Of a stretch of DNA of 64,000 nucleotides, positions 11,731 to 23,113 are shown in pieces. The stretch lies in NCBI RefSeq assembly GCF_964204645.1, contig NC_134025.1, forward strand, positions 15,128,001-15,192,000, written 5' to 3'. A program made the position numbers and the translations under genes. The notes below the pieces were generated by a model that saw only the letters and a list, made by a program, of their open reading frames with translations, searched no databases and was not told the origin of the DNA. Within the stretch, counting starts at the first letter, position 1. Each line of letters begins with the position of its first letter. Source of the stretch: Tubulanus polymorphus (Eukaryota; Animalia; Nemertea).

Positions 11731-12978
11731 TTAATACATAACCATATCTAATTGTGAATTTACAATATTTAATTGCGCGTCAGATATAATATAAATGTGC
11801 ATTTTAAAATTTTTGATTCCTTTATTCTTTGTCATGAATAATTGTATTCCATCTTTAGTGTTTTGTAGTTTTTTTCCAGAACCATGTAATGAATTATCCT
11901 CTGTTGTTCTAAAATCTAACCATAATGCATATTTATTGCCGGTATAATAATCAATTTGATTAATATTACAATTTTCAAATGATTTTACTTTTTCATTCAT
12001 AAAATGTTTTCTAATTTCTGGCCACTGATCAATCATTCTCATTCCTTGACAAAATATTTTATTTGCTATTCCTCCGATAGTTATTTGTACTTTTGTTATT
12101 TCAGGATTATAATAATTATCAACATTTATTGCACCATTAGAATATGTTGCAATGGTAAAAAATATTAATATACCTTTAATAGATCTTCTTGGGAAGTTAA
12201 TATTCTCATTAATAATTTCATCATTTGCATTAATAGTTACAGTTTTAAATTTATCAATATAATCATATAATAATGAAAATCCTTGATTGTATTTAGTTTG
12301 AATTATACTTGAAATATTTTCATCAGTTACTGTGTCATATTCCAAACATATATTCGATAATTTATAACTCATATCTTTAACAACGCTAGATAATACAATT
12401 TCATTTACAGGAGCAAATGTTATCTCGAATATAATATCTTCTTGAATTGCGTATTTATATAAAGGTGCATTATTATTTATCAATTCAAAGTCTAATGGAA
12501 TTTTATATTTGCTTCCATAAATCTTTTTTATCAAATTATCTGCGGTACGAGTTACTATTGCGTCATTAGCTCCTGATCTTAATTTATTTTGGTTTTCTGA
12601 TTGGATTCCTTGAAATATCATATTATTTCTATTTTCTTTAGTTAACCATAAATCTTTATAATGCATGAATAAATTATAATCATCTAATGAGAAAACTGTT
12701 TCCGGACCAATCTTTATAGTTAATTTTTTAATCAAATATCTTCCAACATTATCAACAACATAATTGTTATCATGGCCAGTTACTTTTATATCGGCTGATA
12801 AATAAATACTATTTGGAACGTAAAAAGTATTTTGTGTTAATCGACGGATTCTAACATATAAAGTTTCATCAGGATTAATATTTGAAGGGTTATTAGTAAT
12901 TATATGATGTGATCTTTCTGCTTTAATAGCATTAGATATTCTAGAAATCTTAGAAGGACTTATATAACTCCCACTCAT
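11731..12978 (-). CDS. Putative major capsid protein (double jelly-roll)
   Basis: 415 aa, beta-rich, Polinton context; ITNNPSNINPDETLYVRI and YALWLDFRT...LHGSG motifs resemble invertebrate Polinton MCPs. Fold not verified. Confidence 0.75.
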   Translation of the reverse strand: MSGSYISPSKISRISNAIKAERSHHIITNNPSNINPDETLYVRIRRLTQNTFYVPNSIYLSADIKVTGHDNNYVVDNVGRYLIKKLTIKIGPETVFSLDDYNLFMHYKDLWLTKENRNNMIFQGIQSENQNKLRSGANDAIVTRTADNLIKKIYGSKYKIPLDFELINNNAPLYKYAIQEDIIFEITFAPVNEIVLSSVVKDMSYKLSNICLEYDTVTDENISSIIQTKYNQGFSLLYDYIDKFKTVTINANDEIINENINFPRRSIKGILIFFTIATYSNGAINVDNYYNPEITKVQITIGGIANKIFCQGMRMIDQWPEIRKHFMNEKVKSFENCNINQIDYYTGNKYALWLDFRTTEDNSLHGSGKKLQNTKDGIQLFMTKNKGIKNFKMHIYIISDAQLNIVNSQLDMVMY

Positions 12979-13012
12979 TTATTAATCAAAAAAATTAATT
13001 ATTTATTTTTTA

Positions 13013-14485
13013 TTATTTTTTTCTTGATATCTTTTTGATATCATATTTACTAACCCAAAAATAATAGCACTTACAACTGTAATTAAAAATAAAATAATAA
13101 TAATAATCAGCAGCAAAGTTAAGAATATTCCCAGCAGATTTCAATATAAAACCAACAATTGATGCAATAACTCCTGGCAATGCTGCAGCAGATTTTTTAG
13201 ATAGTTCCCATAAATATTTTGCTAATTTCTTTAAACCATCTTTAACTTTATCTTGTATAGAATTATTATCTGGGGGTTTATCCGGTTTATTGGGAGTAGG
13301 AGTAGATTTTAAAGCATTTGATATTGTTAAACCAATTGTTGTAAATAACATAGTTACAGCTGTTAGAATTGAAAGAATTGTTATTCCTTCAAACTTAAAT
13401 AATAATTTTATTCTATCTTTCAATGATATTTTAGAATCTGGTCTTATTAGATATCTTTTAAAAACATCTTTTAATCTATTAATATTATAATCATATGATT
13501 TTAATAATAATTTAATTTCTTCTTTTTGTAATTCTATGTTATATTCTAAATCATCTTTTTCTTTTTCTAAACGTAATTCTTTTTGCCTATATTCTATTTC
13601 ATCAATTACTTGATGATCTAAATCAGACTTTAATTGTTCTATTTCTTTATTTTTATCAGTTAATTCTTTTTCTAAAGTTCTTATTTTAAAATCTCTTATA
13701 CTTTTATCATGCGCAATTTTATCAGATGCAAGTCTTATACTAATAATTTCTCTAATTGCTTTATCAGAAAATATATCTGAATCTTCTTATTCTTGATCTG
13801 CTGCATCAAGTAATCCATTCGGTAAAAGTTTTTCAATTGGAACTTTATTTGATTTAAGTTTACTATTTTTGGAAGTTTTATTCTGTTCAGAACTTGTTTC
13901 TGGTTCTAAATTATTATCGATTGTTTCAAATAATTTATTGATTCTTTGTTTAAATACTCTTTCATTTTTAATAATTTCTTCTTGTGTTACATCTTCTGGT
14001 TCATTACTATTTCTTATTTTTTTAATTCTAGATATGTCTAACTTAAGCAAAGTTGATTCTGCTAATATTTTTTCTTGTTTTTTATAAGAGATATCAATAT
14101 AATAATCATCTTTCAAACGATAATAATATTCACCATCTAAAAACTTTAATTCTTGTACTAAAAGTCTAGCGCCTCTGGCATTGATATTATATCCAGATTT
14201 TTCAAATATAGGTTTGAAATTATAAATATATTCATTATATTCTAAATTTTGTTTTACTAAATCTGGATTTTCATTTTCAGGATTTATTCTCGATCTAGTT
14301 CTTCTATCAAATTCATCTGTTGATTGACCTTTAGAACCACTATCTGCTAAATTAGAATTATATGCTGATTCATCATCATCATTATCAATATTAGTTTCTG
14401 CATCATTATAATCATCATCAATATATCCTTCATTATTATTTCCCATTTCTCCCATTTCATAATCTTCTCCACCTTCTACATCCAT
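13013..14485 (-). pseudogene. Acidic/coiled-coil protein with C-terminal hydrophobic helices (membrane-active virion protein candidate), disrupted
   Basis: ORFs 13787-14485 and 13013-13423 collinear with 33040-34438; GITILSILTAVTMLFTTIGLTI and AAALPGVIASIVGFIL segments. Confidence 0.7.
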
Positions 14486-14501
14486 TTACATAATAAAAAA
14501 A

Positions 14502-15920
14502 TTAAAATTTAAAATATAATATTCCTCCGATTACAATTCCTATACAAGTTATAGCTAATTTAGTATTTTCATGGGATTTACTATCATTATCAGTTTTAAT
14601 TATATCATGTTGAATAATATCAGTTTTTATATCACCGTGTGGGTGCCGTACGGCACCATTTTCTGATGTATTATAATCTTTTATTTTAGAATCATTATTT
14701 AATTTAATATTCTTAGTTTTAGTTTCTGTTGATTGAATGTGTTTTTTATTTTTTACACCTTCCATTAATTTTGGAGCAGTAATAATCTTTTTATTTATAT
14801 CATTCAATCCAAATGAATTATTTATTGTTGCAGTTTTAATTAGATTATTATAACCAATTATATTTCCCATCTTTAATACTAAATCATTAGAAATAATTAA
14901 TAGATTAGGGCCTATACAATAATTAAGCCTTACATGAGATTTATCTAAATAATTTTGATATCTTATAATGTTTTCTGGAATCGATCTATTTTTATCATTA
15001 TGTATGGAATCATCAAATAATACTTTAAATTGTTTTTGTGTATCGAATGATGTATTCAAATTTCCAATTATTGGGGATCTTGTTTCAACTTGCGCACCTA
15101 AAATACATATCAAATAAGTTCTAATTGATTGATTTATTCTTTGTATTCCGGCGTTAGTAAAACCTTCATTATTTTCTAAAATGAAATAAACCCAACCATT
15201 ATTGTTTTCTTGTTTTAAATTATCATAAAATGTCGGTAATTTATTAAAATTTAATGTTTCTAAATCCTTAGTTTCTATTTTACCATAACCTAATTTATGA
15301 CTATAGATATTATACAAACTATTAGATGGTATGGGAAGTGCACAATATTCTGCAATCTTTTTAGGGCAAGGAAGTGATCTTATTGTTCCAATTTTTGTTC
15401 TTCTAAAATCAGAATTATTTATATCTATATTAAATTCATTACAAATTTTATAAAACTTTGATAAATTAATATTATTATCTAATTCTTTAAAATACCTAGA
15501 TCCTGGTAAAGCGCACTCTAATTCATTTAATATTATTCTGATTTGAAAGTATGTATGAAATCTAAATAAACTTTGAATTAATTTATATTTAGAATTATTC
15601 AAATGATCATTCCAACTAATTCCACAACCTGTTGTTGCACAATAAACAGCAAAATTTAATTGGTTCTACCAATACTTCATATTAGATTTTAATAACCATT
15701 GTTTTTCATCTTTCAATTTTTTAAAATTAATTAAATATACATGAAATATATTTTCCATCTTTGCATTAAAATTATTAGTTTCAGTAACATAAATTTCTAA
15801 ATTAGTTAATGAATCTAAAACTTCATTTCTATATGTAATATCTTTATTAAAATCTATTGCTGGAATATTATATTTAATTGATTTATTATATTGGAAAGCT
15901 TTTGGAAAACTATCTACCAT
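14502..15920 (-). pseudogene. Conserved Polinton protein of unknown function with C-terminal TM helix; one in-frame stop
   Basis: YW*NQLNFAVYCATTGCGIS (open in copy 2); C-terminal LAITCIGIVIGGILYF. Confidence 0.75.
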
Positions 15921-15983
15921 TTATATAATTAAAAAATTAATAATTTATTAATTCTTTTAATAATTTATCATGTTCTTCAACTG

Positions 15984-16370
15984 TTATATGGCCATTTTAC
16001 TTATTATATAATCTAGTGTATTTTTTAATTTATTAATTTCTTTTATATTAGTTTTAATTTTTTCTTTATTACTTTTTATATTTAATTTTGAACTTATACC
16101 GGTTAAAACACTTGAACTTAATCCTAACACACCAATTGATATAGCTAAAGGTGTAAATGGACTGAATATTGCTAGAAATGTTATTACAGAACTAATTGTA
16201 ACCGAACCACTTATGATCAAATAATATATAATTTTACTTTTTAGATATTTTTTCTTTTTAACTTTTAAGTCACTTTCAAATTCTAATATTTGTTTTTCTA
16301 AATATGTTTTTAATTTAGTTTTATTTATATCATGAGGAATGATATCAATATTATCAACTTTATCTTCCAT
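15984..16370 (-). CDS. Small two-TM coiled-coil protein
   Basis: IIYYLIISGSVTISSVITFLAIF and LAISIGVLGLSSSVL; homolog at ~35870-36299; 3' end possibly frameshifted. Confidence 0.65.
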   Translation of the reverse strand: MEDKVDNIDIIPHDINKTKLKTYLEKQILEFESDLKVKKKKYLKSKIIYYLIISGSVTISSVITFLAIFSPFTPLAISIGVLGLSSSVLTGISSKLNIKSNKEKIKTNIKEINKLKNTLDYIISKMAI

Positions 16371-16388
16371 TTATTTAGAAAAAAATTA

Positions 16389-16811
16389 CTAATTAGTAAA
16401 TTTATATGCTACAAATATAACAATAACAGTTCCACCTAAAATCCATATTATTTCATATTTCTGTTGTTCTTTACTTGGGGTATAATAATCTGATAATTTA
16501 GGTTTGTATAGATGTAATTTTTCTTTATTGGTTACCGCGTTATATAAACTCATTGCATCATCAAGTGATTGAAAATCTCTATGTGAAATCTTCTGATCAT
16601 ATAATTCTTTATTGATGTAATCCATATAGTTTTGTCTTTTTTCTCTATATTCTTCTGCAGCTTTATTATATTTCTCTAACGCTAAGTTATGTCTTCTTTG
16701 TTCTCCTAATGAACTATTTTTATCAATATGTTTAAATAAATATCCACCACCAGTAAACGCTAAAGCGTTAACAATTGCCGATCCTATAATAGTTATAATT
16801 GCAGAAGCCAT
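16389..16811 (-). CDS. Small membrane-associated protein (hydrophobic N- and C-termini)
   Basis: MASAIITIIGSAIVNALAFTGGGYLF; near-identical intact homolog 36318-36740. Confidence 0.8.
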   Translation of the reverse strand: MASAIITIIGSAIVNALAFTGGGYLFKHIDKNSSLGEQRRHNLALEKYNKAAEEYREKRQNYMDYINKELYDQKISHRDFQSLDDAMSLYNAVTNKEKLHLYKPKLSDYYTPSKEQQKYEIIWILGGTVIVIFVAYKFTN

Positions 16812-16836
16812 TTATTTAGCAAAAAAAATTATGCAT

Positions 16837-17058
16837 TTATATGGGAGGAATATATTTTTGTTTTTCTAAATAATCAATTGTTAAATTAGATAAAGTAACT
16901 GCTAATGTTAATTTTAAAATATCATTTATATCAAATCTATCAACATTAACACTTCCCATTTTAAATACTTTTTTTAATACCATTGAATAACCAACAGTTC
17001 CAACTGATAGTAAGGCGCCATTATATAATCCAGTTATTATCCACTTATTATCACTCAT
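16837..17058 (-). CDS. 73-aa hydrophobic protein
   Basis: TAAATG start; identical protein in copy 2 despite nucleotide substitutions. Confidence 0.8.
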   Translation of the reverse strand: MSDNKWIITGLYNGALLSVGTVGYSMVLKKVFKMGSVNVDRFDINDILKLTLAVTLSNLTIDYLEKQKYIPPI

Positions 17059-17415
17059 TTATTTATCAAAAAAATTACTATCATCAAAATATTTAGTTAT
17101 CTTATTTATGATTAATTCAACATTTATTTCATTACTAGTTTCATTTGTATATATTTCAATTATTATTTTTTTAATATCATCGATGATAAAATCTTCATCT
17201 AATTCATAAAATCTTAAAGATTCTCTAATTAAATTAGTAATCTTTTCTACATTTAAAGTTTCTTTATCCATTGTTGTTTTATACTCAAATGTTGTTTCAT
17301 TAGAAAATGCAATATTTTTGATATGTGTAATTACATCATTAATGTTAAATTTCATTTCTTTCTCACGTTTAAAATCAAATCCAAAACATATACTCGGTCC
17401 AACAGTTATATTCAT
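17059..17415 (-). CDS. 118-aa hypothetical protein
   Basis: TAAATG start; conserved in copy 2 (36994-37347). Confidence 0.75.
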   Translation of the reverse strand: MNITVGPSICFGFDFKREKEMKFNINDVITHIKNIAFSNETTFEYKTTMDKETLNVEKITNLIRESLRFYELDEDFIIDDIKKIIIEIYTNETSNEINVELIINKITKYFDDSNFFDK

Positions 17416-17431
17416 TTATATAATGAAAAAA

Positions 17432-18190
17432 TTACTCTTTACATCTTATAACTAATTCATAAATTACAGGAAAGTTATTCAAATCAATTAAATATCCATT
17501 ATGATTTCTTATTTCTAATTTAAAATTATTGAAATGTGGAATACAAGGTTTGAAATCACATTCAGTTAAATGATAATTTATTTGAGTTCCAAATTGTTTA
17601 ACATTTTTTAATGGTAAAATATTTAATAAACCAGAATTACAAATTGTATCTTTAGTTGCTTCAAATGTTTTTGTAGGATCAATTAAATTACAATAAATAT
17701 AAAAGTGTGTAAAAGGTATTATATTTGAAATGCCTTCTACGTTTACTGTAACAACATCTGGTGCAATTCCTAGCAATTTAGCTAATGGTTTTTTTACTAT
17801 AAATGCATGTTGACTTTCATCAAATACCTTTATTTTAATTTTATTTGTGCTATCACTTTTTATAAATCTTATTAAAAATTTATCATCTTTTCTAATTTTC
17901 AACCGTGCTCTTCTGTTAATTTCTTGTGCTAATGTTTCTAAATTATATAATCCTGGTTTTAAAAATAGATGAAACCATTTATTTATATTTCTGATATGAA
18001 TTAAAAAAGTATTATGTTCAATAGTTTTATTCGATATATTGTAAAAAGAATTACATAAACTTATATTAACTGATTTTAAATCTACGCAATTTTTATATTC
18101 TCTGTCTAATTGTACTAGTAAATTATGAGATTTATAATTTGTAAGTCTTCTAGAATCTACAAATATTCTGTATTCTTTTAATTCCGCCAT
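17432..18190 (-). CDS. Putative minor capsid protein (penton, single jelly-roll)
   Basis: 252 aa; LKPGLYN, IYCNLID, LLNILP and LEIRNHNGYLIDLNNFPVIYELVI resemble Polinton mCP patterns. Confidence 0.7.
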   Translation of the reverse strand: MAELKEYRIFVDSRRLTNYKSHNLLVQLDREYKNCVDLKSVNISLCNSFYNISNKTIEHNTFLIHIRNINKWFHLFLKPGLYNLETLAQEINRRARLKIRKDDKFLIRFIKSDSTNKIKIKVFDESQHAFIVKKPLAKLLGIAPDVVTVNVEGISNIIPFTHFYIYCNLIDPTKTFEATKDTICNSGLLNILPLKNVKQFGTQINYHLTECDFKPCIPHFNNFKLEIRNHNGYLIDLNNFPVIYELVIRCKE

Positions 18191-18207
18191 TTATTTTACA
18201 TATTTTC

Positions 18208-18561
18208 TTATTCGAAATCTATTTCATGATGCCCTTTTTCATTCTTACCTTTGTATACGAAATAGAAATCTCCAGAACATAATTCTTCTAAATCTTCACT
18301 TGATAATCTATGAAATCTATCCGGTAAATATGTTCTGAATTTATATGTATTACCTTTTAAGCCTTCATATTCTAAGTGTATAACTAATTTATCTCCATAG
18401 TTATTAGTAACTGTATCAATATTTGTAATTAGATATTTCTTATGGATTGTTAATTCTGTTAACTTTTTGAATTTATAATCTACAGATTTTACATTTGTTA
18501 TATCTTTAATTCTATCTAGAAATAATTTGTTGTTCTCACTGTGTGCTTGTTTACTCTCCAT
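18208..18561 (-). CDS. 117-aa protein, possible OB-fold ssDNA-binding protein
   Basis: KKLTEL...YLIT...YGDKLVIHLE...YLPDRF; intact in three copies; directly downstream of pPolB. Function is inference. Confidence 0.65.
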   Translation of the reverse strand: MESKQAHSENNKLFLDRIKDITNVKSVDYKFKKLTELTIHKKYLITNIDTVTNNYGDKLVIHLEYEGLKGNTYKFRTYLPDRFHRLSSEDLEELCSGDFYFVYKGKNEKGHHEIDFE

Positions 18562-18590
18562 TTTAATAACATATTTTTATTAAAATTTGA

Positions 18591-21500
18591 TTAACACGTT
18601 AGAATTCTTTTCATTATCTCGTTCTCTTTTGTTTCTTCTCTTTTAAATTTTAAGTATTCATCTAAATTACAACCATAAGCAACTGTATGAATTCCATCAT
18701 CTAAAATATATCTTTTATCATCAAATGGGTTTAGACTTATTTTTTCAATTTCTTCAATAAACATTTCATGATCTTCAGATCTTAAACATCTCATCTTATG
18801 TTTTCTAACTTCTTCATTGAATATACAATTGATGTAATCTTTGAAATGAATATTCTTTTCTACTACATTTTTGGTTATTCCTTTTCACTTTTTAGCTTCA
18901 TGTTCTTTAGTTTTATATGAATACATTTTAGATCGAATACCTATGAATTCAATCATTTCTTCACCACCTAATTCATCTTTGAATTTACCGGGAACTTTTT
19001 TATTATCATTGCTAAACAATTCATGATCTTTAGGATAGTTACTAAAATCAAAATGATGTTTTAATGTTTTTAAATCATCAGTAATGTTATCAGTTTTTAT
19101 CTTTAATATGTAACTGTCAGTATCAAAATATGATATTTCTATATGTTTTTCTCCAAAAAGTGGTTGTAATACATTATAATAGAATTCATACATTAGTAAT
19201 TTTGATAATTCTAAAACTGAAGCGCGAACATAGATTGGTTTATTAAATTTGATTGATGTTCTTCTCATCTTAACTGCGGCTAAATTTTCATCAAATATTC
19301 TGTTACCAATGAACTTAGGATATGTTTGTAAATGTCTAATTCTTTTACCATTACTGACTAACTCAATATCATTTCTATTTCTAATATTTTCACAAGTCTT
19401 ACCATAGAATGAATTATTCATTAACTTGAAGAAATCTTTCTCGAAATCAGTTTTAGCTTCAGTTCTCTGTTTGGTGTTAAAATCTATATATTTTTCTAAC
19501 CACTTAGATTGACTGAATGAAATATAACTATGTACTTTTTTAAGGATCATTCCTTGTTTTAGATAAAACTTTAACATTCTATAATGTACTACATAATTAT
19601 ATTTATCTTCTTGAGTTACCATTAACTTTTCTGTATGAATATGAATTTCGGGTTTAATTCTTTTTTGATAATTTGATAGTTCTTCATAAGTTACAGTTTT
19701 ATGTTCTGGACAGTATGCTAGATTTCTAGATTTAAATTTAATATGTTCAGGATATTCTAAATCTACAACAAAGAAGTAACCAGTATCTGAATCATCTGCA
19801 ATATCTAGGATTCTTTTCTTCCAATCAAATTTATCATTATTTTCATTCTGTAAAACTTCAGTTAATTCAAATACTCCATAAGGTTGTGGTTCCATCATTG
19901 CCCAACCATACAAATTATTTGCATCTATATATAATAACTTATATCCAGGGTTATCATTTACATTGAAATATCTATCGCCTAATACACCTGAAACTCCTCC
20001 TCTTATAGATTTTTCAAATAATAGTAATTGATCTATATTTGTTAACAAATCCATTTTTATATTTGTAAATTTTAATCCACAATCCCATGTTAAACCTGGG
20101 CTAGAATAACAATGACAAGGATCAATATTGAAATATTTTAGGTTTACATCTCTAAACCTTTCGAATATATCGGTTAATAATAATACATCTGATTTTAGAT
20201 ATAAATCTACTAATTGCCCATGATTTTCAATTTTGAAATGATTCCAAATATTCAATGTTCTATTATATACTTCATCTTTAACATATTCATTTTTTAATTC
20301 ATCATAGAATTGTTCTTTTATTTATTCGGTTATGTTAAAATCATTATGATTTTTATAGAAAGAATATGGAATTGCGCCTTTATATCTCATTAATTGGAAA
20401 TCATCATTATTTGGGTAGTGTTGTTTTAATATTTTCAATTCATCATCAACTAATGATTTTGATAAGTTATCTAATGAACTATTTAAAAATCTATATGAAT
20501 CTATAAATCTTAAACACCCAAATTGGAATGATATATAATTCTCAGATGTTTTAGCTAACATTCTAAATTTATAAGTTGGTATTTTATCTTTTGATCTATT
20601 TGAATTTAATCTTTCTATTTCATTATTAATTTCTTCTATTTTATGACATAACTGTTTGATAAATAAATGTGCATCATATCCTGATAGATTATGAAATATA
20701 ATGGGTACAAAGTTAATTTTCTTAGCTTGTAAGTTACAATTCTCACGTGCAGCGCCTCTAAACTTTCCGTTCAAATGATCATGGTCTCTTACTTTTTTAT
20801 CTTTATAATTAAATATCTTTTCACAATAATAACATTTATCTGCAAACGCAAATTCTTCTTTATCTTCTTCTGTCATCATAATTTCTATATTTTTATTTAA
20901 CTTTTCATTAAATCTTATTTCATATTCAATTAATAAGTCACAAAAATGATTGATAACATTTTCATTTCTGTAATGATAATATTCACTTTCAATTAGTTCT
21001 GGATAATCAGATTTTATATATAACCCGAAAGCTGCAGCTGATTGATGAATCTTTTTAATTGTATTTGTTTTTGGTGGTTCATCTGAAAAATCATTTTCAT
21101 TAGAATTTAATTTCTTTCTTTCATAATATATTTCTTTTCTATCTTGATCAGTTAATTCTTTATTTAATGATTCAAAATCACCATATATTACAAATGGTAC
21201 TTTATTTTTGTAATCATATTTTTTGAATTCTAATATTTTATCCCTTTCATTTGGTAAAACTAATTTACAATAATCATGATTTTCACATAATTGTTTATGA
21301 TTTAATAATGTACTTTCATTACTGAATTTATGTAAACATTTTCTACAAAGATATATTTTATGGTGATCATTTTCTGATTTAAAAAATAAATCGATTTGTT
21401 TAATCCACATATAATGATTCTCATAATATAGTATATCTATAACATCGTTTGAATCATAATCTTTTGATAGGTATAAAGGTTCTAATGTATAATGTTTTAT

Positions 21501-22629
21501 ATTTTTACCTTTTGTATTTGGTAATTTGATTAAATCAAATACATTTATCTTTATATTATTATCTCTTTCTATTTTTGGGATGTTTTTAATTCTAACAGGA
21601 TACTTATCTATCTTATAATTATTTTCAAATGGTTTATAATGAGTTAATCTAAAACTATGTGTAATATCTTCTGTTGGATGTAAACAACTTATTATAGCCC
21701 ATAGAAAACATTTATCATCTTCATTTTGTATATTTATTACAGCATTAGTTTTAAATGGTAGTTTAATATAACTCGATGCTTCAATATCTGGTTCTTTATA
21801 ATATGATACATTATTTTCATCAATTGGTTTTGATTTAGTTAACTTATTATATTTTGGTGTTATAAACATGTAAAGTCATAAATATTATTTCATCAAATAT
21901 TAAACCAGATCCTTCAAAATATTTCTCTTCAATTTTAGTTTTTACTTCATTATAACATTTATCTAATTTATCATCTATATGTTGTTTAGATATAATATGT
22001 TGTGAATGAGAATTTATATTATATATTGGTTTATCTTCCGATTTTATAAACTTTACTTTAGAAGATATACTTATTTTAGGATATTCAACATCTGTAATTA
22101 TTTTAATTATTTCTTTCATATTTTCTAAATGTTTTTTATTTTCTTCTAATGTTTTTCCTTTATGAAATTTAAACTCGATAGCTGCTGGGCCAATATCACT
22201 TTTAAATGCTCCGGTTATCTCTATATCTTTTTTATTATCTAATGAATTAATATATTTTCTTACATCTTCCATGTATGGTCTTTTATTGTTTAATTTATTT
22301 TTTATGCTTTTAATTGTCTTCTGTTTCTTATCATTATCTTTATCAAAATAATCTTCACCTAAAATATCATTATTCTTATTTCTAATATGACTTTTAGATT
22401 TTAAATGTTCTTTATAATATCTTTTATCACTGAATGATTGATTACATGTATCACATTTATATGTTTCTTTTTCATTCTTTAATTCATCTAATTTAGTTTC
22501 TAATATATCATCTTCATATTCTAGTTTCAATTTATTCTCTAAATGTGATTTAGTTTTATTGTGTCTTGCTTTTTGGGATTTATCTATATTGATATTACAT
22601 GTTGGACAGTAGTACTTATTTGCTTCCAT
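18591..22629 (-). pseudogene. Protein-primed family B DNA polymerase (pPolB), frameshifted
   Basis: ExoI VIYGDFES, ExoII FHNLSGYD, ExoIII YLKSDV, motif A YIDANNLYG, B KLMNNSFYGK, C YFDTDS; N-terminal C2H2 fingers; EndoVII/HNH-like insert CYYC...RDHDH...CN. Split into four ORFs. Confidence 0.95.
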
Positions 22630-22709
22630 TTTAATACTAAATTTTTTATTAAAATTGATTTTAGAAGTTCAATGATTTAAATGTTATTCATTTATATGAA
22701 TATTTTAAG

Positions 22710-23113
22710 AGTAATAGGGGTAATGGGCTTTCATATCTAAGGTTGAATGGTCGAGTTCATTAAAAACAAATATTAAAAGTAATTTAAAACTATAATATAT
22801 TTTCATAACCGCGTGCATTTCAGTTGAATAATAGAATAATTATTATTATTTGAATATATTTGATTATATGAATTTGTGTATTGTAAATAAATCAATTGGT
22901 CGCGGAGCGGAGCGGTAGCGAAGTGGAGCGACCAATTGATTTAATACAATATGCTTTTTAAATTATTGATATCTTAGAATAAATATTTAGTTTTAATATA
23001 AAATGCACGCGGTTATGAAAATATATTATAGTTTTTAATTACTTTTAATGTTTTGTTTTTTAATGAGCTCGACCGTTCGACCTTTGGTATGAAAGCCCAT
23101 TACCCCTATTACT
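22710..23113. repeat. Terminal fold-back hairpin, long type (404 bp)
   Basis: AGTAATAGGGGTAATGGGC...GCCCATTACCCCTATTACT with ~100-bp arms and a central AAATCAATTGGTCGC-loop-GCGACCAATTGATTT. Confidence 0.9.

Larger units (their letters stand above)
6321..23113. mobile_element. Polinton/Maverick copy 1 (partly decayed, mismatched terminal hairpin types)
   Basis: Starts AGTAATAGGG, ends CCCTATTACT. Encodes RVE integrase, packaging ATPase, capsid-like proteins and pPolB. Several frameshifts and stops. Confidence 0.95.
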
